Of a DNA stretch of 64,000 nt, positions 52,269 through 64,000 are shown piece by piece (position 1 is the stretch's first letter; each line of letters opens with the position of its first letter). A program made the translations under genes and the position numbers. This DNA comes from the human T2T-CHM13v2.0 reference genome, Homo sapiens. The stretch is from the NCBI RefSeq assembly GCF_009914755.1, contig NC_060935.1. One strand, written 5' to 3'. Under the pieces are notes generated by a model. The model was not told the origin of the DNA, ran no database searches, and saw only the letters and a list, made by a program, of their open reading frames with translations.

Positions 52269-55200
52269 ACCCTTGAACCCAAAATAAAAGATTAAAAAAT
52301 CAAGATTTTCTCTTAAAAATGTCATCTATACTATTATAGATAAAATTAACATAGGTAGTAATAAAAGAAGATATAAAACTGTCCAGGGATATGAAATACC
52401 AATTCATAGAAGTAGAAAACCAAATAGCTAAGTAAATGGAGAATGCTTAACACTGACCGCAGACAGAAAAGTGCACATTAAAACAAATATCAGTAACCAA
52501 AGAGGGCAGAGCAAGATGGCAGAATAGAAGCCTACACCATTTGTCCCCCCGTCCCCTAAACACCAAATTTTAACAGTTATCTACACACTGAATAGCACTA
52601 TCACAAGAACAAAAACGCAGGTGAGCAATTACAGTAACTGGTTTTAACTTCACATCACTGAAAGAGGTATTGAGGAGGGCAGGAGAGACAGTCTTAAATC
52701 ATCAATGCCACTCCTCCTCCATCCCCTGGCAGAAGCCATGTGGTGCAGAGACAGAATCTGTGCATTTTGCGGATGGAGAGCACAGCAACCGAGGGACCTT
52801 ACATTGAACTCCGTGCTGCCCTGTCACAGCAGAGAATAAAGCCATGCTGGGCTCAGCTGGTGCTGGTGCACAGAGGCAGAATTTGGACTAGCCCCTAGCC
52901 AGAGGGGAATCACCCATCTCAGCTGTTGGAACTGAAGTTTCTTGGCCAGCCTTGCCACCATTGGCTGAAGTGCAATGGAGTTCTAGATAAACTTGAAAGG
53001 CAATCTAGGACACAAGAGCTGTAATTCTTAGGCAACTCCTAGTGTTAGGCTGGGCTTAGAGTCAGTGAACTAGGGTGGCACATGACCTAGGGAGACACCA
53101 GCTGGCGCAGCTAAGGGAGTGCTTGTGCCACCCCTCCCCTAACCCCAGGCAGTGCAGTTCACAGCAAGAAAAGTGTCTCCTTCCTTCTACTTAAGGAGAG
53201 GAGAGCTAGTAAAGAAGATTTCGTCTTGTATCTTGGATACCAGCTTAGGCACAGGATAGGGCACTGGGAAGACTTGTGAGGCCTCATTCCAGGCCCTAGT
53301 TCTTAAACATTTCTAAACACACTCTTGGCCAAAAGGGAAAACTGCTTTCAAGGGAAGGACTCAGTCCTGGCAGGATTCATCACATGGCCCTTGATAACCC
53401 TAGCTCCCTGACAACATTTCTAAACACACCCTGGGCCAAAAGGGAACCTGCTGCTTTGAAGGGAAGGACCTAGTACTGGCAAGATTCATCCCCTGTTGAC
53501 TAAAGAGCCCTTCGGCCCTGAATAACCAGCAGCAATACTGAGGGAGTACACTATGGGCCTTAAGGCCTGAGATGTCCTGGCTTCAGGGGTGATGGAGCAC
53601 ATTTCCAGATGTAGTGGCTATGGTGAAAGACTCAAACAGAAGTTTGAGAAAAGCAGAGGGAAAAGTAAAAGAGAGTTTGTCTTGCACCATTGGCACTGGC
53701 TCGGCCACAGTAAGGTAAAGCAACAAGCAGCCTCTTAAGGTCTCTGAGTCCAGACCTAGGTTCCTGGACAGCATTTCTGGGCCCACTCTGGGCAAGAGAG
53801 GAGTTCACTGCTCTGAAGGGTGAGTCCCAGGCCTGGTAGCATTTACCACAACCTGTGGGAAGATCCCTTGGGCTTTAAGCAAATATTGTCAGTGGCCTGG
53901 CAGAAACCCCCATGAACTGGTGGTGGTAGCCACAGAGAGGCTCCTCTGCCTGTGGAAAGGGGAGGGAAGCGTGGGAAGGACTTTGTACTATGGTTTGAGT
54001 GCCAGCTTAGCTGCAGTAGAATAGAATATCGTGTAAATTGCTAAGGTGCTTGACTCCACTCGCTGGCTCCCAGACAGCATCTCTGGACACACCCAGGGCC
54101 TGGGGAAACTTGCCAACCTGAAGGGAAGGGCACTGGGCAAAGCCCAGTGCTGTGTTGGCTTCGGGTCTGACACAGCACCAGTGGTGGGGGCCACAGGGGT
54201 GCTTGCATCACCGCACCCTCAGTTTCAGATGGCTTGGAAAAGAGAGAGATTCCATATGTTTGGCAGAAAGTAAGGGAAAAGAACAAGAGTCTCCGCCTGG
54301 TAATCCAGAGAATTCTTCCAGATCTTACCTAAGACAACCAAGATGGTGCATGTACAAGTTTGCAAAAATCACAGCATTATTGGGCTTGGGGTCCAAGTCC
54401 CTTCAAATACCTGGAAAGCCTTCCCAAGAAGGACAAGCACAAATAAGCCCAGATTATGATGACTACAGTAAATCACCAGAGACATTTAAGAGTGTCAACA
54501 TGATCCAGGAAAACATGACCTCACCAAATGAACTAAATAAGGCACCAGGGACCAATCCTGGAGAAACAGAGATGTATGACCTTTCAGACAGAGAATTCAA
54601 AACAGCTATTTTGAGGAAACTCAAAGAAATTCAAGATAACACAAAGAAGGAATTCAGAATTCTATCAGATAAATTTAACAAACAGATCGAAATAATTAAA
54701 AAGAATCAAGCAGAAATTCTAGAGCTGAAAAATGTAATTGATATACTAAAGAATGCATCAGTCTCTTGAGAGCAGAAAGGATCAAGCAGAAGAATTAGTG
54801 AGCTCAACAGACTATTTGAAAATACCAGAGAAGACAAAAGAAAAAAGAATAAAAAAACAGTGAAGTATGCCTACCAGATCCAGAAAATAGCCTTAAAAAG
54901 CACAAATCTAATGGCCTTAAAGAGGAGGTAGAACATGAGATAGGGATAGAAAGTTTATTCAAATGGATAATATCAGAGAACTTCCCAAACCTAGAGAAAG
55001 ATACCAACATTCAAGCATAAGAAAGTTATAGAACACCAAGTAGATTTAAGCCTAAGAAGCCTACTTCAAGGCATTTAATCAAATTCCCAAAGGTCAAGGA
55101 TCCTAAAAGCAGTAAGAGATAAGAAACAACATACAATGGAGCACCAATATATCTGGCAGGAGGCTTTTCAGTGGAAACCTTACAGGCCAGGAGAGAGTGG

Positions 55201-57479
55201 CATGACATATTTAAACTGCTAAAAAAAAAAAAAAAAAAGAAAAAAAAAAACTTTAACCCCAGAATAGTAGATCCAGTGAAAATATTCTTTAAGCATGAAG
55301 GAGAAATAAAAACCTTTCCAGACAAACAAAAGCTGAGGGATTTCATTAACACAAGATATGTCCTACAAGAAATGCAAAAGGAAGTTCTTCAGTCTCAATA
55401 AAGGATGTTAATGAGCAAGAAGAAATCATCTGAAGGTCCAAAACTCACTGGTAATACTAAGCACACAGAAAAACACAAAATAGCATAATTCTGTAGTGGT
55501 CATGTGTAAACTTCTCTTGACTTAAGTAGAAAGGCTAAATGATGAACCAATAAAAAATAATAATTACAACAACTTTTCAAGACATAGTATAATAAGACAT
55601 AAATAGAAACAACAAAAAGTTAGTAAGTTGGGGGACAAAGTTAAAGTGTTGAGTTTTTGTTAGTTTTCTTTTGACATGTTTGTTTGTGCAATCAGTGTTA
55701 AGTTGTCATCAGTTTAAAATAACGGGTTATAAGATAGTATTTGCAAGCCTTATGGCAACCTCAAATCAAAAAATATACGATGGATACACAAAAAATAAAA
55801 TGCAAGAAATTAAAACATATTACCAGAGAAAATCACCTTCAGTAAAAGGAAGACAAGAGGGAAAGAAGGAAGAGAAGACCATAAAACAACAAGAAAATAC
55901 AACAAAATGGCAGGAGTAAGTCCCTGCTTAATAGTAACATTAAATGTAAATAACTAAACTCTCCAATAAAGACAAGGTAGCTAAATGGATGTAAAAACAA
56001 GACCCAGTAATTTGCTGCCTACAAGAAACACACCTCATCTAAAAAGATACACATAGACTAAAAATAAAGGGATGGAAAAAGATATTCCATGCAAGTGGAA
56101 ACCAAAAAGGGGAAGGAATAGCTATACTTATATCAGACAAAATAGATTTCAAGACAAAAACTTTAAGAAGATAATTAAAAAAACAAAGAAGATAATTATA
56201 TAATGATAAAGGGGTCAATTCAGCAAGAAGATATACTGATTACAAATATATATGCACCCACCACTGGAGCACCCAGATATATAAAGCAAGTATTATTGGA
56301 GATAGAATCCAACACAGTAATAGCTGGAGACTTCAACACCCCACTTTCAGCATTGGACAGATCTCCCAGACAGAAAATCAACAAAGAAACACTGGACTTA
56401 ATCTGCATCATAGAAAAAATGGACTTAACAGATATTTACAGAACATTTCATCCAGTGGCTTCAGAATACACATTTTTATCCTCAGCACATGGATCATTTT
56501 CAAGTATAGACCATATGTTAGGTCACAAAACAAGTCTTAAAACATTTTTAAAAAATCTTGAAATAATATCAAACATCTTCTCTGACCATAATGGAATAAA
56601 ATTAGAAATCAATGATAAGAGGAATTTTGGAAACTATACAAACACATAGAAATTAAACAATATGCTACTAAATGACCCATGGATCAATGAAGAAATTAAG
56701 ATGGAAATTTTAAAATTTTCTTGAAACAAATGATAATGGACACAACATACCAAAACATATAAGATACAGCAAAAACAGTACTAATAGGAAAATTTATAGC
56801 TCCAAGTGCCTACATAAAAAACTAGAAAAACTTCAAATAAATAACCTAATGATGCATCTTAAAGAACTAGAGAAGCAAGAGCAAACCAAACCCAAAAGTA
56901 GTAGAAGAAAAGAGATAATAAATATCTGAGCACAAATAAATGAATTTGAAATGAGGCAAACACTACACAAGACCAATGAAACAAAAAGTTGGTTTTTTGA
57001 AAAGATAAACAAAATTCAGTAACCTTTAGTTAGGCTAAGAAAAAAACAGAAGACCCAAATAAATAAAATCAGAGATAAAAAAGGAGATATTACAGCTGTT
57101 ACTGAAGAAATTCAGAGGATCATAAGTGGCTACTATGAACAACTATATGCCAATAAATTGGAAAATCTAGAAGAAATGGATAAATTCTAGACATATACAA
57201 TCTACCAAGATTGAACTATGAGGAAATTCAAAACCTAAACAGACCATTAACAAGTAACGTGATTGAAACCATAATAAAAAGTCTCCCAGTAAAGAAAAGC
57301 CTGAGACATCATGGCTTCACTGCTGAATTCTACCAAACATTTAAAGAACTAATACCAATCCTATTCAAACTGTTCGGAAAGATAAAGGAGGAGGGAATAC
57401 TTCCAAACTCATTCTATGAGGCCAGCATTACCCTGATACCAAAACCAGACAAACACACATTAAAAAAAATAATAATACT

Positions 57480-57773
<294 letters not shown>

Positions 57774-57776
57774 CTA

Positions 57777-58112
<336 letters not shown>

Positions 58113-60936
58113 TCATTAATTATGGCCAAGTGGGATTTATCCCAGGGATGCAAGGATGTTTCAACACACACAAATCAATCAATGTGATACATCACATCAA
58201 CAGAATGAAGGACTAAAACCATATGATCATTTCAATTGATGCTGAAAAAGCATTTGATATAGTTCAACATCCCTTCATAATAAAAACCCTCAAAAAACTA
58301 GGTATAGAAGAACCACACCTCAACATATTAAAAGCTATATATGACAGACACATAGTTAGTATCGTACTAAATGGGGAAAAACTGAAAGCCTTTCCTCTTA
58401 TATGTGGAACATGACAAGGATACCCACTTTTACCACCATTATTCAACTGATTACTGGAAGTCTTAGCTACAGCAATCAAAGAGAAAGAAATAAAGGGGAT
58501 CCAAACCGGAAGGGAGGAAGTTGAATTATCCCTGTTTGCAGATGATATGATCTTATATTGGAAAAACCTAAAGACTCCACCAAAAAATGATTAGAACTGA
58601 TAAGCAGATTCAGTAAAGTTTCAGGACTCGAAGTCAACATACAAAATTGGTAGCATTTCTATATGCCAACAGTGAACAATCTGAAAAAGAAATAAAAAAG
58701 GAATCCCATTTACAATAGCCACCAATAAAATACCTAGGAATTAACCAAAGAAGTAAAAGATCTCTACAATAAAAACTATAAAACACCAATGAAAGAAATT
58801 GAAAAGGACACATAAAAATGGAAAGATATCCCATGTTCATGGATTGGAGGAATCAATATTGTTAAAATGTCCACAGTACTGAAAGCATTCTAGAGATTCA
58901 ATACAATCCCTACAAAATACCAATGACATTCTTCACAGAAATAGAAAAAAACTATCTTAAAATTTATATGGAACCACAAAAGACCCAGAATGGCCAAATC
59001 TATCCTGAGCAAAAAGAACAAAACTAGAGGAATCACATTACCTGACTTCAAATTATACTATAAAGCTACAGTAACCAAAACAGTATGGTACTGGCATAAA
59101 AATGGACACACAGACCAATGGAACAGAATAGAGAACCTAGAAATAAATCCACACACCTACAGTAAACCGATTTTCGACAAGGGTGCCAAGAACACACATT
59201 GGGGAAAAGACAGTCTCTTCAATAAATGGTTCTGGGATAAGAGGATATCCATATGCAGAAGAATTAAACTTGACTCCATCTCTTGCCTTTTATTTGAATT
59301 AAATATAAGACCTCAAACTGTGAAACACCTACAAGAAAACATTGAGGAAACTTTCCAGGACACTGGTCTGGGCAAAATTTTCTTGAGTAGTAATATCTCA
59401 CAAGCACAGGCAACCAAAGCAAAAATAGACAAATGGGATCACATCAAGTTAAAAAGCTTCTGTACAACAAAGGAAATAATCAACAAAGAGACAACCCACA
59501 GAATGGGAGAAAACATGTGCAAACTACCCATCTGACAAGGGATTAATAATCAGAATATATAAGGAGCTCAAACAACTCCACAGGGAAAAATCTAATAATC
59601 TGACTAAAAAATGGGCAAAAGATCTGAATAAACATTTTTCAAAAGAAGTCATTCAAATGGAAAACAGCATATCAAAAGGTTCTTAACATCACTGACCATC
59701 AGAGAAATGCAAATCAAAACTACAATGAGATATCATCTCACCCTAGTTAAAATGGCTGTTATCCAAAAGTCAGGCAATAACAAATGCTGGTGAGGATGTG
59801 GAGAAAAGGGAACCCTCATACACTGTTGCTGGGAATGTAAATTAGCACAACCACTATGAAGAACAGTTTGGAAGTTCCTCACAAAACTAAAAATACAGCT
59901 ACCATATGATCCAGCAATCCCAATGCTGAGTATATACCCAAAAGAAAGGAAATCGGTATATCAGAGAGATATCTGCACTCTTATGTTTGTTGCAGCAGTG
60001 TTCACAATAGCCAAGATTTGGAAGCAACCTACGCATCCATCAACAGATGAATGGATAAAGAAAATGTGGTACATATATACAATGGAGTACTATTCGGCCA
60101 TTAAAAAGAATGAGATTCTATCATTTGCAAGAACGTGGATGGAACTGGAGGTCCCTATGTTAAGTGAAATAAGCCAGGCACAGAAGGACAAAAATTGCAT
60201 ATTCTCACTTATTTGTGGGATCTGAAAATCAAAACAATTGAACTCATGGACACAGAGAGTAGAAAGATGGTTACCAGAGGCTGGGAAGGATAGTGGGGGC
60301 CTGGGGGAGAGGTGGGGATGGTTAATTGATACAAAAAAAATAGAATGAATAAGACCTAGTATTTGGTAGCACAACAGGGGGACTATAGTCAATAATACTT
60401 TAATTTAATTGTACATTTAAAAATAACTAAAAGAGTATATTACATGCCTATACCAAAATATCTCATGTGCCCCATAAATATGTACATCTACTATGTACCC
60501 ACAAAAATTATAAATTAAAAAGTTTTTAAAGATAAATATCACTTTACACCTACCCAGAATAATAAAACTTAGAAAAACTATAAAGTAAGATAATACCAAG
60601 TATTGATAAGGACATAGGAAGACAAGAACCCTTATGTACTACTTGTGTGAGTGTACACTGAAGCAACTATTTTGAAGAACAATCAGGTGGCAATTTTTAA
60701 AACTACATATACATATACTCTGTCATCCATCAATCCCACTTCTGGGTAAATACTCCAGGAAAACCCTGGCACAGTGGTATATGCAAAAGATGTTCACAAG
60801 GTTGTTCATTGTAGCACCATTTGTAGTAAGAGAGTTATAAGCAACCTAAGTGTTCATCAGTAAGGGAAGAGATGTGTGAAATGTGTTTAGAGCATATATT
60901 GTAGAATACTCTGCATTAGTTAAAAGTCAGTAACTA

Positions 60937-61274
<338 letters not shown>

Positions 61275-61840
61275 TTAAAAACAATGTTGACTGAAAAAAT
61301 CAAGTAACAGAAAGAGCTCAAGACCATATTACCATTATGTAAATTACAAACACATTACACACAAAATAATATATATTTTACAAAGATAAATACATATATG
61401 CAGGAAAATATATCCAAGATAAAAGTAGACATTTATATGAAAACAGGAAATGGGAGTAGGAATTAAGGATGAAAGAAAAAAAATAAGAGGGTAAGAAGAA
61501 CTTTGAAGAGATTAAAAATTATACTGTATTAGGACCTGAGTTGTATTGTAAACAGAAGTCTCTGCTCCTAAGTTATACATATGTACACATGATAAAGAAC
61601 CTAAGAATGAGGTTCAATCTTTCAGTCTAAAGAATCATTGGTATATAATTTTAAAAATTAAAACCAATCTAAATTATTGTTAGAGTTTATTACATTATGG
61701 GAAGTGATGGGAGTAGGGTGGCATAGATAGATGCATATTAAAATTTTCTTATTAAAAAAGAAGACATGTATTTGGTTGATTCTAGGTGTTGATAGACAAA
61801 AGTGAGTTTTAAAATGTGAATTAAAAGTTTTAGGGTAATA

Positions 61841-61992
61841 GCCAGGTGCAGTGGTCCCAGCTACTTGGGAGGCTGAGGCAGGAGGATCACTTGAGCCCCA
61901 GAGTTCAACAATACAGTTTGAGCACGATCGTGTAACCGCACTTCAGCCTGGGGTGATAGGGTGAGACTCTGTCTCTAAAAAGAAAAAAAAAA
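61841..61992 (+). mobile_element. Free Alu monomer (FAM/FRAM-like)
   Basis: Single arm with A tail; TSD AAAAGTTTTAGGGTAA. Confidence 0.8.
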
Positions 61993-62574
61993 AAGTTTTA
62001 GGGTAACCATTAGAGATACAGACATGAGATTTCTTGCTTTAAACAATTAGTGAAAAGATTGGAATTGAAAGAAAACTTAGTGCTCACAAGAAGAAAAAAA
62101 AGAAAAAGCATAGGTAAATAGAAAACACACTAATGGTAGAAATAAGGTGAAATGTATCAATAATCACCATGTGAGTTAAATTCTTCTATGAAAAAAGACT
62201 CATTAAGAATCATATAAGCAAAAATATGCAGTACTATATTGTTTTTAAGATATCCTAAAATAAATATTCATATCAAACAAAATAGAGGCCCAAGTCAAAA
62301 CCAAAATTATTTATCTACCTGGGATATTTTACAACGATTAAAATACACAACCTACCAAGATAAAAGTCACAAACCTAATAACAGAGAACCAAACCAACTT
62401 CACAGTAAAAAAAAAAAAAAAAAAAGCCAGAAATGCAAGGAGATACTGACAAATCTACAACAGTGGGGACAGACTTTAATATACCTATTTCCAAAGTTAA
62501 CAAACCAAGCAGACAGAAAATTATTTTAGGGAGAATCTGAATAACATAATTGTGCCCTTTATTAAGTTGTTACT

Positions 62575-62870
62575 ATTATTATTTGTAGAGACAGGGTCTC
62601 ACTCTGCTGCCAGGCTGGAGAGCAGTGGCGTGATCATAGCTCACTACAGGCTCAAGGGATCCTCCTGCCTCAGCCCCCAGTAGCCAGGACTATAGGTGCA
62701 TGCCATCACACCCAGCTAATTTTTTAATTTTTTATAGAGATAGGGTCTCGTTCTGTCATCCAGGCCAGAGGGCAGTGGCATGATCATAGCTCACTGCATG
62801 CCTGAAACTCCTGGCCTCAAACAATTCTCCAGCCTTGGCCTCCCAAAATAACTGCCACTGTGCCCGGCCA
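62575..62870 (-). mobile_element. AluJ (rearranged/diverged)
   Basis: Reverse Alu arms (gagacagggtctcactct...ccactgtgcccggcc). Confidence 0.85.
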
Positions 62871-62899
62871 GTTATTAGTATTATTTTTAACTTTGAAAT

Positions 62900-63400
62900 C
62901 CATCTTTCTTTATTCTGCTTTAGAATGCTGGAGCTGAGGCTCTCAAAACCGTATTTCTGCTTTGACCGCTGGTTTCCTGTTAGACTCTGACAATATGGGT
63001 GGTGCTAAAGGGAGACTGCAAAGCTGGAAGAGGAAAAAGGGGCTTATCTCTTCCTATCTGCTTCCCATGGGTTTCCTAACTGCTTGTGCTTCCTGTGAAT
63101 GCCACTGGAATAATGTGGTTTTTGATTTGTTTTGTTTTTGCTGTAGTCTAGCAAGTCTTTCCCCAGCAGTAGCTGAATCTAGTTTGCAGTTTTTCCAACT
63201 TTTATAAACTAGCTTCACTGTGACTCCTCCACAGGCACCAGCACCAGCTGGCCAGTATCCTCAGAGATCTGGGTCTCAGCTACATGAAGCCCATCATAGC
63301 TCGGAGACACCAGCAGCCAAGCAGCACCGCTTCCCCAGAGGTCTAAATTTCAGGTGTCAGGAGCACCTCTTCCAAGCTTCTAAAGTTGCATAATTTCAAC
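62900..63400. mobile_element. Possible old ERVL-type LTR remnant, followed by an old L1 ORF2 fragment (~63400-63680)
   Basis: LTR16/LTR33-like text (gctggtttcctgttagactctgacaat) recognised by eye only. Confidence 0.4.
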
Positions 63401-63753
63401 CTCATTCTACAAAGAAAACTCCAGGCTCAGGTGGTCTCATGGTGAATTCTTCCAAAATTTAAGGATAAAATAATAATAGTATATAAACTTTCCTAGGAAA
63501 CAGAAATAAAACTTCCAAAACACATTTTATCAGGCAAGCATAACCTTGATTATAAATCCTAACAAGAATACTGTAACAAAAGAAATCAATACACCAACAC
63601 ATCTCCCAAACATAGATGCAAACATCCTTGACAAAGAATCAGCAAATTCAATTCGTGATATTCACCATGACCAAGTGAGACTTTCAGAATAAACTCTCAG
63701 AAGTGTATTTCCACCATGAGGGTAGAATTTCTGGGACAAGGGGTGTCACTCAC

Positions 63754-63971
63754 CTGTCCGGTCAACATCCTTTTTCATGGGCAGTACAGTATAATCCAGT
63801 TGCTCATCTGAGTCCTCAAGCATCCTTGGCTTGGACTGCAGCATGAATTGGGGCTCTTTATGGGGACTTCCCCTGCCTCCATTCCAGTCTACTGACTCGT
63901 CATAGAGCTGAACTTGCTGTAGGTATGGGATCCTGATAATCCTGTTTTCATCCAAGCTTAACTTCTTCAGT
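63754..63971 (-). CDS. XRRA1: XRRA1 internal coding exon (218 nt; most 5' exon in the window), LKKLSLDENRII...KKDVDRT; contains an LRR motif
   Basis: Acceptor ttccttaattgaag|ACTG and donor ACAG|gtgagt. 1+72x3+1 nt open frame with an LxxLxLxxNxI motif. The phase-1 end joins the 41-nt exon to give T-E-V-V. Confidence 0.9.
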
Positions 63972-64000
63972 CTTCAATTAAGGAAAGTGAATATAGAATC

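Noticed and set aside
53306-53490. ~75-bp imperfect direct repeat in the L1MA 5' UTR
   Set aside because: Diverged internal subrepeat of an old L1 UTR; no sign of independent significance.
54152-54769. 205-aa ORF
   Set aside because: Read-through from the L1MA 5' UTR into the ORF1 N-terminus; the rest of ORF1 is disrupted.

Overview
Primate (very probably human) genomic DNA holding the 3' part of the multi-exon gene XRRA1 on the minus strand. I reconstructed ten coding exons by hand (63971 down to the stop at 715). All have GT-AG boundaries, and the phases join into one open frame of 538 codons plus stop, with three leucine-rich-repeat motifs. The gene name comes from recognising the protein, not from a search. 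The intron at 20533-63753 (~43 kb) is almost entirely nested transposable elements. An L1PA15/16-like LINE is interrupted by a two-LTR class I ERV (tRNA-Pro PBS, decayed gag-pro-pol, env remnant), which itself holds a full-length L1PA2/3-like element and three Alus. The same host LINE also carries a full-length L1PA4/5-like element and a THE1/MST LTR, and a near full-length L1MA-type element follows. Smaller introns carry a 7SL pseudogene and Alu, MIR, L2, MER58, MER1A, MER21 and MLT1 remnants. I found no evidence of a wholly new biological system. The best leads are an exon starting with a perfect 5' splice site (recursive-splicing candidate), a stop-free 210-nt circRNA candidate, two head-to-head young L1s that differ by the ZNF93-escape deletion and both lost ORF0 at the same codon, and a templated-insertion scar in a MIR. 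Subfamily names are by eye and need RepeatMasker/Dfam confirmation.
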